A stretch of DNA of 32,000 nucleotides from Candidatus Saccharimonadota bacterium (GTDB taxonomy: Bacteria > Pseudomonadota > Gammaproteobacteria > Enterobacterales > Enterobacteriaceae). A program made the translations under genes and the position numbers. The stretch lies in NCBI RefSeq assembly GCF_000090965.1, contig NC_008513.1, forward strand, positions 60,001 to 92,000. The letters are read 5' to 3'. Positions 1-10,186 of this stretch are shown here, one piece after another (positions within the stretch are counted from its first letter, which is position 1; every line of letters starts with the position of its first letter). Under the pieces are notes generated by a model. The model ran no database searches and was not told the DNA's origin. It was given only the letters and a program-made list of their open reading frames with translations.

Positions 1-820
1 AATATATTTTTATTAAATCTACATATTTTTGCAGTTATTTTAATTGCTTTTGATAAACTCATTTCTTTTTTTAATATTGATAATGTTTGTAATATTTTTG
101 AAGAAATTTTTTTTTTTTTATTTTTAATACCATTAATTATTATTAAAATTTCTCCTTTTTTCCAATAATTATTTTTTTTTATTTTTTTTAAAAATTTTTG
201 AGTTGTCCCGGTTTTTATTTTTTCCCATTTTTTTGTTAATTCTTTAGAGATTGATATTTTTTTTTTAGGACCCATAATTTTTTTTATTAATTTAATTGTA
301 TTAATTAATCTTTTAGGTGATTCATATAGAATAGTTGTACGTTTTTCATTATTTAAAGAGTATATTTTTTTTTTTAGTTTTTTTTTTTTTTTTGGTAAAA
401 ATCCTTCATAACAAAATCGATTAGTTTTTAAACCTGAAGAAATTAATGCAGAAATTGCAGCACATGCTCCCGGTAACGGAACAACTCTAATATTATTAGA
501 ATATGCTTGTTTGACTAATAAATATCCAGGATCATTAATCAAAGGAGTTCCAGCATTTGAAACTAGAGCAAGATTTTTTCCATCTTTTAACATTTTAATA
601 TATTTTTTTGTTTTTAATTTTTCATTAACTAAGTGATATGAAAACATTTTTTTTATAATAAAAAATTTTTTCAATAAAATAGAAGTATATTTTTTATTTT
701 CAGAAATAATAAAATCTACTTTTTTTAAAATATTAATAGATCGATATGTTATATCTAATATATTGCCAATAGGTGTAGGTACAATGTATAATAATCCTAA
801 ATTATTTTTTTTTTATACAT
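1..820 (-). CDS. rsmI: 16S rRNA (cytidine1402-2'-O)-methyltransferase RsmI (YraL); 3' end beyond window, 5' end disrupted by a homopolymer frameshift
   Basis: Hand translation of the minus strand is open from 812 to the window edge: ..KKNNLGLLYIVPTPIGNILDITYRSINILKKVDFIISENKKYTSILLKKF..GTPLINDPGYLLVKQAYSNNIRVVPLPGACAAISALISSGL..FCYEGFLPKK..ILYESPKRL... These are the RsmI/tetrapyrrole-methylase-fold motifs. It is absent from the ORF track because it runs off the edge. The only ATG (818-820) is out of frame across the 805-814 T10/A10 run. Confidence 0.8.
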
Positions 821-1083
821 AATTTTATAAATCTTTATTATTGTTAAGAATATAATATGAGAATATTAATTAATAATTAATTCAAATGTTAATTTAAATA
901 TTAATTTAAATAAATAATTTTATTATAACATATTTAAAAAAACAAAAAATAATATATTATATAAATTATTAATATTTTATTAATTTAATATAAAAATTTT
1001 AAATTTAATTTCATATATTATTTTATAAAATGAATATTGTTTGTTTTATAAAAATTATGTATTAGTAAATAGGAAAATAATTT

Positions 1084-2307
1084 TTGAAAAGAATAGTTAT
1101 TACGGGATTTGGTATTTTATCAAGTTTAGGTAGTTCTGAAAAAAATATTTTTAAATCATTAAAATATGGTCTTTCTGGAATAGAATTTTCTCAAGAAATG
1201 AAAAATTATGGTTTATATAGTACAGTTTGGGGAAATATATCAAAAAAAAAAATTAGTAAAATACCTAGAAAATATTTGAGATTTATGAATTTAGCATCGA
1301 TATATTCATATCTTTCTATGAAAGATGCTATTACAAGTAGTAATTTAGATACTGAAATATTTATGAAAAATCCTAGAGTGGGAATTATTATTGGATCAGG
1401 AAGTGGATCTACTCAATTCTATAAATCAATTTTTAAAAGAATACATAATAATTCTAATTATTTAAGTCCTTATGCTGCAATTCAAAATATGTCATCTTCT
1501 ATTTCTGCTTGTTTAGGATCTTTTTTTAAAATTTATGGAATGAGTTATTCTGTAAGTTCAGCTTGTGCAACTTCAGCCCACTGCATTGCTCATGCTTATG
1601 AACTTTTAACTACTGGAAAACAGGATATAATTTTTGCAGGTGGTGCGGAAGAATTAAGTGTAGAATTAGCATGTCAATTTGATGCAATGAAAATATTATC
1701 CTCTAAATTTAATAATACACCCGAATTATCTTCTAGAGCATTTGATAAATATAGAGATGGATTTGTGATTTCAGGTGGTAGTGGAATTTTAGTATTAGAA
1801 GAATTAAATTTTGCATTATCACGAAATGCTAATATATATGCAGAAATTATTGGATATGGTACATCTTGTGATGGAAATAGTATTACTTTACCATCTGGTG
1901 ATGGTTTTATACGCTGCATGAGAAATGCATTAAAAAATATTACAGAATCAGTAGATTATATAAATGCTCATAGCACATCAACACAAATTGGTGATATTAA
2001 AGAATTAATGGCTATTAAAAAAGTTTTTAAAAAATATGATTATCTTCCATATATATCCTCTACTAAATCTATTACAGGTCATTCTTTAGGAGCATCAGGT
2101 GTACAAGAAATTATTTATACTATTTTAATGTTAAAATATGGTTTTATTGCTCCTAGTATTAATATAGAATGTTTAGATGAAAGAATTTATAATATGAATA
2201 TTGTAAAGAATAGAATTAACAAAATTATTAATATTGCAATTTCAAATAGTTTTGGTTTTGGTGGTACAAATGTTTGTTTAGTGATTAAAAGATTTAATAG
2301 ATATTAA
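1084..2307 (+). CDS. fabB: 3-oxoacyl-ACP synthase I (KAS I)
   Basis: The 407-aa ORF is collinear with E. coli FabB from residue 2 (MKRIVITGFGI vs MKRAVITGLGI). The active-site Cys context SSACATSAHC and the His motifs AHSTST and GHSLGA are present. TTG start with AGGAAA about 8 nt upstream. Confidence 0.95.
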   Translation: MKRIVITGFGILSSLGSSEKNIFKSLKYGLSGIEFSQEMKNYGLYSTVWGNISKKKISKIPRKYLRFMNLASIYSYLSMKDAITSSNLDTEIFMKNPRVGIIIGSGSGSTQFYKSIFKRIHNNSNYLSPYAAIQNMSSSISACLGSFFKIYGMSYSVSSACATSAHCIAHAYELLTTGKQDIIFAGGAEELSVELACQFDAMKILSSKFNNTPELSSRAFDKYRDGFVISGGSGILVLEELNFALSRNANIYAEIIGYGTSCDGNSITLPSGDGFIRCMRNALKNITESVDYINAHSTSTQIGDIKELMAIKKVFKKYDYLPYISSTKSITGHSLGASGVQEIIYTILMLKYGFIAPSINIECLDERIYNMNIVKNRINKIINIAISNSFGFGGTNVCLVIKRFNRY

Positions 2308-2395
2308 AATAACTTTTATATTAAAAAAATTTTTTTTAAAAATATAAATAGTTTTTATTAAAAATTTTTTATTATAAAATTATATTTATAATATA

Positions 2396-2433
2396 TAAAT
2401 TATTTTATTAATAATAAAATAATTTAGGTTTTT
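2396..2433 (+). repeat. Perfect 31-bp all-A/T palindrome (2396-2426, centre 2411) followed by GG+T5; possible fabB terminator hairpin or protein-binding site
   Basis: taaattattttatta-a-taataaaataattta. I checked all 15 arm positions pairwise (i+j=4822); the match breaks at 2395/2427. It lies 89 nt after the fabB stop and 78 nt before the talA start. Confidence 0.5.
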
Positions 2434-2503
2434 ATTGATTTTAAATGATTTTAAGAATTAAATATTATTTTTTTGTATATATTTATACTATAAGGTTAAA
2501 CAT

Positions 2504-3460
2504 ATGAATCAATTAGAATATTTAAAGAAATATACTACAGTAGTAGTAGATAGTGGTGATATAAATTATATAAAAAAATATCAACCAAATGATGCAACAA
2601 CAAATCCAACATTGATTTTAAAAAGTGTTTTATCTAATAAATATAATTATATAATTGATAATTCTATTCAATATGCTAAAGATATTGGAGGTAATAAATT
2701 AACACAAGTTAAAAATGCCAGTGATATGATTTCTGTAGGATTTGGTATTGAAATTTTAAAATATATTCCAGGATATATATCAACTGAAATTGATGCTCGA
2801 TTATCATTTAATACTAAAAAATGTGTCTCAAAAGCTATTAAGTTAATAAAATTATATAACAATAATGGAATTGATACTTCAAGGGTATTAATTAAATTAG
2901 CTGCTACTTGGGAATGTATAGAAGCTGCACGTCAGTTAAAAAAAATAGGAATATTATGTAATTTGACATTATTGTTTTCTTTTGCTCAGGCTCGTGCATG
3001 TGCTGATGCGGATGTATTTTTGATATCTCCTTTTGTAGGTAGAATTTATGATTGGTATCAAAAATTTAATTTAAATTCTCCATATTGCTCTAATACTGAT
3101 CCTGGTGTAATAGCATTAAAAAAAATATTTTTTTATTATAAAAAATATGGTTATAAAACTATTATTATGGGTGCTAGTTTTCGAAAATTAGAACAAATAC
3201 AAGAATTAGTTGGTTGTGATCGTATAACTATTTCATTAGATTTATTAAAACAATTAAGTATGAAAAAAGATATTTTAATAAAAAAATTAGATGTAAAAAA
3301 GATTACTAAAGTTAATACTAAACCTAATGCATTATCAGAATCTGAATTTCGATTTTTACATAATGAAGACGCTATGGCGGTAGAAAAATTATCTGAAGGT
3401 ATTCGTCAGTTTAGTAGTGATCAACAAGAATTAGAAAATTTTTTATTTGATAAATTATAA
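2504..3460 (+). CDS. talA: Transaldolase (TalA-like)
   Basis: The 318-aa ORF has YTTVVVDSGD, DATTNPTLIL, the Schiff-base lysine context LIKLAATWE, and NLTLLFSFAQARACA. The C-terminus AMAVEKLSEGIRQF..DQ is closer to E. coli TalA than to TalB. Confidence 0.93.
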   Translation: MNQLEYLKKYTTVVVDSGDINYIKKYQPNDATTNPTLILKSVLSNKYNYIIDNSIQYAKDIGGNKLTQVKNASDMISVGFGIEILKYIPGYISTEIDARLSFNTKKCVSKAIKLIKLYNNNGIDTSRVLIKLAATWECIEAARQLKKIGILCNLTLLFSFAQARACADADVFLISPFVGRIYDWYQKFNLNSPYCSNTDPGVIALKKIFFYYKKYGYKTIIMGASFRKLEQIQELVGCDRITISLDLLKQLSMKKDILIKKLDVKKITKVNTKPNALSESEFRFLHNEDAMAVEKLSEGIRQFSSDQQELENFLFDKL

Positions 3461-3506
3461 TTACTTTATTATTTTAAAAAATTATTTTTATATATAAGGA
3501 AGGTAT

Positions 3507-5504
3507 ATGTTATCTAGAAAAGATTTATCAAATGCATTAAGATTTTTAAGTATAGATGCTATTCAACAAGCTCAATCTGGTCATCCAGGTGCTCCTATGG
3601 GAATGGCGGACATTGCTGAAGTATTATGGAGAGATTTTTTAAAACATAATCCGAATAATCCTGCTTGGTTTAATAGAGATAGATTTATTTTATCTAATGG
3701 ACATGCTTCTATGCTTTTATATAGTTTATTACATCTTTCCGGATATAATATATCTATAGAAGATTTAAAAAATTTTAGAAATTGTTATTCTAAAACACCT
3801 GGTCACCCTGAAATTAATTGTACGCCTGGAGTAGAAATTACTACTGGACCATTAGGTCAAGGTTTAGCTTCAGGTATAGGAATGGCTATTTCAGAAAAAT
3901 TATTAGCGCAATATTTTAATAGAGAAAATTTTAATATTATTGATCATTATACTTGGATTTTTGTAGGTGATGGATGTTTAATGGAAGGTATTTCTCATGA
4001 ATCTTGTTCTTTAGCAGGTACTTTAAGTTTAGGTAAATTAATTGTTTTTTATGATAAAAATGGTATTTCTATTGATGGTGAAATTTCCGATTGGTTTACT
4101 GATGATACAAAAAAACGTTTTTTATCATATAATTGGCATGTAATAGAAATTAATGGTCATGATTCAGAAGAAATTTCAAAAGCTATAATAATTGCTAAAA
4201 AAAATATTTTACAACCTTCTCTAATTATTTGTAATACTATTATTGGATTTGGTTCACCAAATAAATCTGGAAAATCTTCTGTTCATGGAGCTCCTTTAGG
4301 GAGAAACAAGAAAGTATTGTTAACACGTAAAAAATTAAAATGGTCTTATGCTCCTTTTTTTATTCCAAAAAATATTTATAAATTATGGAATGCTTGTGAT
4401 TCTGGAAATAAAGCAGAAGAAAAATGGAATAATCTGTTTAATAAATACAAAAAAAAATATTTAGATTTATCAAATGAATATATTCGTCGTATTAATAATA
4501 TATTACCTAATAACTTTAATGAGATAATAAGGAAATTATTATTTAATTTTAATCATTCATTAACGAATTGTTCTACACGAGAAGCATCACAAAAAGTTTT
4601 AGAAAATATCGGAAAATTTTTACCTGAATTACTCGGAGGTTCAGCTGACTTAGCGCCTAGTAATTTAACTAAATGGTCTGGATCTAAGTCTATTAAAAAA
4701 TATTTAAGAGGAAATTATATTCATTATGGAGTAAGAGAATTTGGAATGACGGCTATTGCTAATGGTATTTATCATCATGGTGGTTTTATTCCTTATACGG
4801 CTACATTTTTAGTATTTGTAGATTATGCACGTAATGCAATACGTATGTCTGCATTAATGAAAACAAAACAAATATTTATTTATACTCATGATTCTATTGG
4901 ATTAGGAGAAGATGGTCCAACGCATCAACCTATAGAACATATTTCTTCTTTAAGAAATATACCGAATCTAAGTGTTTGGAGACCTTGTGATTCTGTAGAA
5001 ACTGCTGTTTCTTGGTATTATGGAATAAAAAGAAAAGATGGTCCTACAGCTATAATATTATCTAGACAGAATATAAAACAATATTTAAAAACAAATGATC
5101 AAATCAAACTTGTTTTTAAAGGTGCTTATATTTTAAGAGAATATGGGACAAATATTGATTTAATTATTATCGCAACTGGATCAGAAATACCTTTAGCTAT
5201 AAAAGTAGCAAAAAAATTATATGAGTTAAATTATAATATTCGAGTTGTATCCATGGTATCTACTGACTGTTTTGATAATCAAAATTTAAAATATCGTGAA
5301 TTAGTTTTACCAGATTCAATATATAATCGAGTATCTATTGAAGCTGGCATTAGTGATTATTGGTATAAATATATAGGTTTTAAAGGTATTAGAATAGGAA
5401 TTGATTCTTTTGGAGAATCTGGACCAGGAAATAAATTATTTAAATTGTTTGGTTTTTCAGTAAAGAAAATTGTTTTACGTATTATTAAAAAATTTTTTAG
5501 TTAA
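3507..5504 (+). CDS. tkt: Transketolase (annotated tktB in Buchnera genomes as I recall)
   Basis: The 665-aa ORF shows near-identity to E. coli Tkt in SGHPGAPMGMADIAEVLWRDFLKHNP, GPLGQG, GDGCLMEGISHE, HDSIGLGEDGPTHQP and GGSADLAPSN. AAGGAAGG Shine-Dalgarno at about 3497. Confidence 0.96.
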   Translation: MLSRKDLSNALRFLSIDAIQQAQSGHPGAPMGMADIAEVLWRDFLKHNPNNPAWFNRDRFILSNGHASMLLYSLLHLSGYNISIEDLKNFRNCYSKTPGHPEINCTPGVEITTGPLGQGLASGIGMAISEKLLAQYFNRENFNIIDHYTWIFVGDGCLMEGISHESCSLAGTLSLGKLIVFYDKNGISIDGEISDWFTDDTKKRFLSYNWHVIEINGHDSEEISKAIIIAKKNILQPSLIICNTIIGFGSPNKSGKSSVHGAPLGRNKKVLLTRKKLKWSYAPFFIPKNIYKLWNACDSGNKAEEKWNNLFNKYKKKYLDLSNEYIRRINNILPNNFNEIIRKLLFNFNHSLTNCSTREASQKVLENIGKFLPELLGGSADLAPSNLTKWSGSKSIKKYLRGNYIHYGVREFGMTAIANGIYHHGGFIPYTATFLVFVDYARNAIRMSALMKTKQIFIYTHDSIGLGEDGPTHQPIEHISSLRNIPNLSVWRPCDSVETAVSWYYGIKRKDGPTAIILSRQNIKQYLKTNDQIKLVFKGAYILREYGTNIDLIIIATGSEIPLAIKVAKKLYELNYNIRVVSMVSTDCFDNQNLKYRELVLPDSIYNRVSIEAGISDYWYKYIGFKGIRIGIDSFGESGPGNKLFKLFGFSVKKIVLRIIKKFFS

Positions 5505-5593
5505 AAATTTTTTATAAGTTCAATAAAATAAAAATAGAATTTCTTTATTTTAAATATTTAAATTATATATAAATAACATTAGGATATATATTT

Positions 5594-6724
5594 ATGCATA
5601 CTAATGTTTTAAATCTTTCAAAAAAATTAATTAATATATCTTCAATTAGTCCTCGAGATTTAGGTTGTCAAGAGATTTTAATTAAACGTCTTCAATTATT
5701 GGGATTTTTTATAGAACGAATAAATTTAAAAGATACAAAAAATTTTTGGGCTTATAGAGGAAAGGGAAAGACAGTGACTTTTTTAGGTCATACTGATGTT
5801 GTTCCAGCTGGAAGTACTAGAAAGTGGAAAACTTCACCATTTGTAGCAACTATAAAAGATGGTAAGTTATTTGGTAGAGGTTCAGCTGATATGAAGGGTT
5901 CTATTGCAGCTATGTTAATTGCAGTAGAAAATTTTATTAAAAAATTTCCGAATCATAAAGGTCGAATATCATTTTTAATAACTTCTGATGAAGAAACTTC
6001 AGGAAAAAACGGAATTAGAAAAGTCGTTTCAATATTAAAAGAAAAAAAAGAAGTAATTGATTTTTGTTTAGTAGGAGAACCTACTAGTGAAAAAATTTTA
6101 GGAGATTGTGTTAAAAATGGTCGACGAGGATCTCTTTCAGCAGATTTAATGATTTATGGTACTCAAGGACATATAGCCTATCCAAAATTATTTTTAAATC
6201 CTATTCATAATTCTATTCCATTTTTATTAGATTTGTCTAATTTAATTTTTGATAAAGGTAATTTATTTTTTGAACCTACAAGTATTCAAATTTCTAAAAT
6301 ATTTTCTGAAAAAAATTGTACATTAAATATGATTCCAGGAGAATTAAGAGTTTTTTTTAATATTCGTTTTAATACTTTAGTAAATAAAAAAAAAATAATA
6401 AGAATTGTAGAAAATTTATTAAATAAATATTTAATAAAATATTCTATTTTTTGGACATATCATGCAAAACCATTTTTATCATCATCGAATTTTCTTTTAA
6501 ATTTATTAACTAAATGTATATATAAACATACAAATATTATTCCAAAAATTAAAAATAATGGTGGTACTTCTGATGCACGATTTATTTTTAATTTAACTGA
6601 TAAAATAATAGAATTTGGTTTACCGAATTTAACTATTCATAAAGTTAATGAATATGTGTATATTAATGATTTATTAAAATTACAAAATATTTATTATAGT
6701 TTTTTAGAAAAGTTATTATTATGA
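5594..6724 (+). CDS. dapE: Succinyl-diaminopimelate desuccinylase
   Basis: The 376-aa ORF carries M20 peptidase motifs (GHTDVVP, GRGSADMKGS, SDEE, GRRGS) and is full length relative to E. coli DapE (375 aa). TGA stop. Confidence 0.93.
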   Translation: MHTNVLNLSKKLINISSISPRDLGCQEILIKRLQLLGFFIERINLKDTKNFWAYRGKGKTVTFLGHTDVVPAGSTRKWKTSPFVATIKDGKLFGRGSADMKGSIAAMLIAVENFIKKFPNHKGRISFLITSDEETSGKNGIRKVVSILKEKKEVIDFCLVGEPTSEKILGDCVKNGRRGSLSADLMIYGTQGHIAYPKLFLNPIHNSIPFLLDLSNLIFDKGNLFFEPTSIQISKIFSEKNCTLNMIPGELRVFFNIRFNTLVNKKKIIRIVENLLNKYLIKYSIFWTYHAKPFLSSSNFLLNLLTKCIYKHTNIIPKIKNNGGTSDARFIFNLTDKIIEFGLPNLTIHKVNEYVYINDLLKLQNIYYSFLEKLLL

Positions 6725-6746
6725 TCTTCTTTTAGAAGATATTTTT
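6724..6746 (+). terminator. Candidate intrinsic terminator of dapE
   Basis: Perfect 7-bp stem ATCTTCT (6724-6730) / AGAAGAT (6734-6740) with a TTT loop. It starts on the last base of the dapE TGA and is followed by A+TTTTT (6742-6746). Confidence 0.55.
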
Positions 6747-6761
6747 AGAATTGATATTTTC

Positions 6762-6789
6762 ATGCAATGATAAATTTTTATCATTGCAT
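6762..6789. terminator. 13-bp-arm perfect inverted repeat in the convergent dapE/dapA spacer; possible bidirectional hairpin/terminator
   Basis: atgcaatgataaa (6762-6774) tt tttatcattgcat (6777-6789). It contains G/C pairs, which is unusual for spacers here. A T8 run follows about 8 nt downstream on the + strand. There is no U-tract on the dapA side. Confidence 0.4.
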
Positions 6790-6877
6790 AAAATATATTT
6801 TTTTTAAAATAATAAATATTTTATATAGTATAATATACTCTATATAAATATAGATAATATGTTTTATTAAATTTATT

Positions 6878-7771
6878 TTATAAAAATTTATTTTTGTTTA
6901 ATTGTAGTAAATTTATTATTTTTTTAAGATTTTTTTTATTTTTATCTAATAGTTGTGTCATAGGTAATCGAATTTTGTCGGTCTCTATAAGGCCTATATA
7001 TTTAGCTGCCCACTTAATAGGTATTGGATTAGTTTCTTTAAATAAAAGATTATGTAAAATCTTCAATTTTTCATTTATTTTTCTAGCTTTATAAAAATTT
7101 CCAGCCAAAGCTAATTTACAGATTTTTGATATATGTCTAGCTGCAATATTTGCTGTTACTGAGATTACTCCATTTCCTCCGAGTTGGATAAAATCCAAAG
7201 CTGTTGTATCATCTCCACTAATTAATATAAAATTTTTATTAACTAATGATTTTATTTGATTAACTCTAGATAAATCACCAGACGCATCTTTTAATCCAAT
7301 TATATTTTTAAATTTTGCTAATTTAGCTATTGTTTGAGGTAATAAATCACACCCTGTTCGATGTGGTACATTGTATAAAATTTGAGGTAAATCAGTACTT
7401 TCTGAAATAGATTTAAAATGTAAATATAAACCTTCTTGGGTTGGTTTATTATAATACGGAGTAATATTTAAACATCCTGAAATACCTGATAATTCAAGTT
7501 TTTTAGTTAGAAGAATACTTTCTGAAGTTGCATTAGATCCTGTACCAGCTATAATTGGTATTTTTTCATCTGCATATTCTAATGTATGCATAATAACATT
7601 TGTATGTTCATTTTTATTTAGAGTAGCTGATTCTCCTGTAGTACCTACTGAAATTATTGCATTTGTTTTATTTTTAATATGGTATTTAACTAATTTTTTT
7701 AAACTTTTTTTACAAATATTTCCTTTAATATCCATAGGTGTGATAAGAGCAACAATGCTACCTTTAAACAT
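6878..7771 (-). CDS. dapA: 4-hydroxy-tetrahydrodipicolinate synthase
   Basis: The 297-aa ORF has [22 protein letters not shown], and LYNVP.RTG with the Schiff-base lysine region [14 protein letters not shown] Shine-Dalgarno upstream. Confidence 0.95.
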   Translation of the reverse strand: MFKGSIVALITPMDIKGNICKKSLKKLVKYHIKNKTNAIISVGTTGESATLNKNEHTNVIMHTLEYADEKIPIIAGTGSNATSESILLTKKLELSGISGCLNITPYYNKPTQEGLYLHFKSISESTDLPQILYNVPHRTGCDLLPQTIAKLAKFKNIIGLKDASGDLSRVNQIKSLVNKNFILISGDDTTALDFIQLGGNGVISVTANIAARHISKICKLALAGNFYKARKINEKLKILHNLLFKETNPIPIKWAAKYIGLIETDKIRLPMTQLLDKNKKNLKKIINLLQLNKNKFL

Positions 7772-8026
7772 TTTTTTTTCCTTTTAAAATAAGAATTAAT
7801 TAAATAATTTTATAATTTAAATTGTAAAATTATTTTTTTTCTATATTTTATAGATTTATTTTAGTATATAAAATGTTTGTATTTTAAATTTTATTAAATT
7901 TTTTATAAAAATATGTATTTAGTTTTTATAAGTATTTTTTATATATATAAAATATATTTTGGAGAATTTTTAAAAATAAAATATTTTTTTTAGTTGAAAT
8001 AATGTAATTTATATTATATTAAAATT

Positions 8027-9088
8027 TTATTTTCCACATTGAGCTTTGAAACGTAAAACATGGTCCATTAATGTAATTGCTAACATTGCTTCTGCAATTG
8101 GAACAGCTCGAATTCCTACACAAGGATCATGTCTTCCTTTTGTTATAATAAATCTTTTTTTTCCAAATGTATCTATTGTTTTTCCCGGTATTTTAATACT
8201 AGATGTAGGTTTAAAAGCTGCATGTACAATAATTTCTTCCCCGTTACTAATACCACCTAATATTCCTCCGGAATGATTGCTAGAAAATCCGTTAGGTAGA
8301 ATTTCATCTCTATGTTCAACTCCTGTTTGTTTAGCTACATGAATTCCATCTCCAATTTCAATAGATTTAGCAGCATTAATACTCATTATAGAATGTGCAA
8401 TTTCAGCATTTAGTCTATCAAATACAGGTTCTCCTAATCCAATAGGAACATTTTTAGCAATAATAGTAATTTTTGCTCCTACTGAATTTCCACTTTTTTT
8501 TAATTTTTTGATAAAATGTATAATTTTTTTTATTTTTTCTGAATTACTACAAAAAAAAGGATTTTTTTCTACTTCTTCCCAAGATTGAAATGGACAATAA
8601 ATTGATCCTATTTGTGACAAATATCCTCTAATTTTTATATTATGTTGTAATTTTAAATATTTTTTAGCAATAGCTCCAGCAGCTACTCGAATAGCTGTTT
8701 CTCTAGCTGAGGATCTTCCTCCACCTCTATAATCTCTGATTCCATATTTTTTTTCATATGTATAATCAGCATGATTAGGTCGATATAAATTTTTAATTTC
8801 TGAATAATCTTGTGATCTAATATCTATATTTTTTATTCTTATGCCTATACTTGTTCCAGTAGTTATTCCTTTAAATATTCCTGAAAATATTTCTACTTTA
8901 TCTTTTTCTCTTCTTTGTGATGTAAATTTAGAAAAACCCGGTCTTCTTCTATTTAATTCATATTGAATATCTTTATTGTTTAAAGATAAACCAGGCGGAA
9001 CTCCATCAATAATTCCTGCTAACATAGGTCCATGTGATTCCCCACATGTAGTAACTTTAAATATTTTTCCAATTGAATTTCCCGGCAT
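8027..9088 (-). CDS. aroC: Chorismate synthase
   Basis: The 353-aa ORF has [36 protein letters not shown] and GRHDPCVG, and is collinear with E. coli AroC. GAGG Shine-Dalgarno upstream. Confidence 0.96.
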   Translation of the reverse strand: MPGNSIGKIFKVTTCGESHGPMLAGIIDGVPPGLSLNNKDIQYELNRRRPGFSKFTSQRREKDKVEIFSGIFKGITTGTSIGIRIKNIDIRSQDYSEIKNLYRPNHADYTYEKKYGIRDYRGGGRSSARETAIRVAAGAIAKKYLKLQHNIKIRGYLSQIGSIYCPFQSWEEVEKNPFFCSNSEKIKKIIHFIKKLKKSGNSVGAKITIIAKNVPIGLGEPVFDRLNAEIAHSIMSINAAKSIEIGDGIHVAKQTGVEHRDEILPNGFSSNHSGGILGGISNGEEIIVHAAFKPTSSIKIPGKTIDTFGKKRFIITKGRHDPCVGIRAVPIAEAMLAITLMDHVLRFKAQCGK

Positions 9089-9361
9089 TTTCTACCTCAT
9101 AGTTTGCAAGAAATAAAGAAATATTATTTTATTATTATAATATTTTATTTATTTAAAATAAATAATTAATTAATTATATTAATCTATATATATTATTAAA
9201 ATAATTTATATTTATACGAAAGATTTATAAAAAATATTTTTGATTTAATTATTAATAATTTCTAAAAATTTGTTTAATTATATTTCTTTTTTATTAAAAT
9301 AAATTATTTTATATATTTTTATATTTTATAAAATTTAGTAAAAACTTTGGAAAATTTTTAT

Positions 9362-9898
9362 ATGAAAAAAAATAATTTAATTAATTCAAATGAAGCAGAA
9401 ATTTTTTTATATCATATGAAAGGAGTTAAAAAAATTATTCAAGATAAAATTTATCATATTAATTCTAATAATAAAAATTATAGGTCATATTATAAAAATA
9501 TTTTAGAACAAGAAGCACATAGTTATTATTTTAAAGATTTTGTAGATAGAAATTCTTTTTTTTTCACTAATAATCCTATTTGTTTTGTTCGTAATATGCG
9601 TTATAATATTGATCTTAAAAAATTGAAAAAAGGAGAGTACGTACCAGAAATTGTTTTAGATTTACATGGAATGAATTTGTATCAGGCTAAAAAAGAATTA
9701 GGAAATGATATGATTTGTCATAAAGAAAATTTTTTATGCGCAAGTATTCTTCATGGATACGGAAAAGGAATTTTACAAAAACATATTCCCTTTTGGTTGT
9801 CTAAACACCCTGATATTGTGGCTTTTCATCAAGCACCAAAAATATTTGGTAATGATGCAGCTATATTAATTTTTTTAAAAAATAATTATTCAGATTAA
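9362..9898 (+). CDS. smrB: Smr-domain protein SmrB (YfcN), ribosome-rescue endonuclease family
   Basis: The C-terminal Smr domain is present (EIVLDLHGMNLYQAKKEL..ILHGYGKGILQKHIPFWLSKHPDIVAFHQAP). The N-terminus MKKNN matches E. coli MKKK, so ATG 9362 is preferred over the ORF-track TTG at 9347. Confidence 0.85.
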   Translation: MKKNNLINSNEAEIFLYHMKGVKKIIQDKIYHINSNNKNYRSYYKNILEQEAHSYYFKDFVDRNSFFFTNNPICFVRNMRYNIDLKKLKKGEYVPEIVLDLHGMNLYQAKKELGNDMICHKENFLCASILHGYGKGILQKHIPFWLSKHPDIVAFHQAPKIFGNDAAILIFLKNNYSD

Positions 9899-10186
9899 AT
9901 ATGGAAATTATTAATTTAATATATTATAATTATAATAACTTGATTAAATTTATTTAATATTTCAATTTATTAGATTTTTAATTATATTAAAAATTATTTT
10001 TTATAATCTAAGATTATAATAATTTTGTATTAAAAATAATATATAAAAATATATATTTTATTAAAAATAATATTTTTTAAATAAAATATTTATAGTGTAA
10101 TAAATAATTTTTATTAATTTATTTATTATAAATATAATATTATTTCTGTATTAAATTTATTTTTTATAGTAAATAAGGTAATAAAA

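Noticed and set aside
889-912. Tandem 12-mer ttaatttaaata x2 in the rsmI/fabB divergent spacer
   Set aside because: There are only two copies of an A/T-only motif in a low-complexity spacer. This is expected by chance or slippage, and there are no further copies or flanking structure.
821-1083. Calling sigma70 promoters (-10 TATAAT / -35) in this and other spacers
   Set aside because: TATAAT-like hexamers occur every few bases in nearly pure A/T sequence, so no individual promoter call can be supported from sequence alone.
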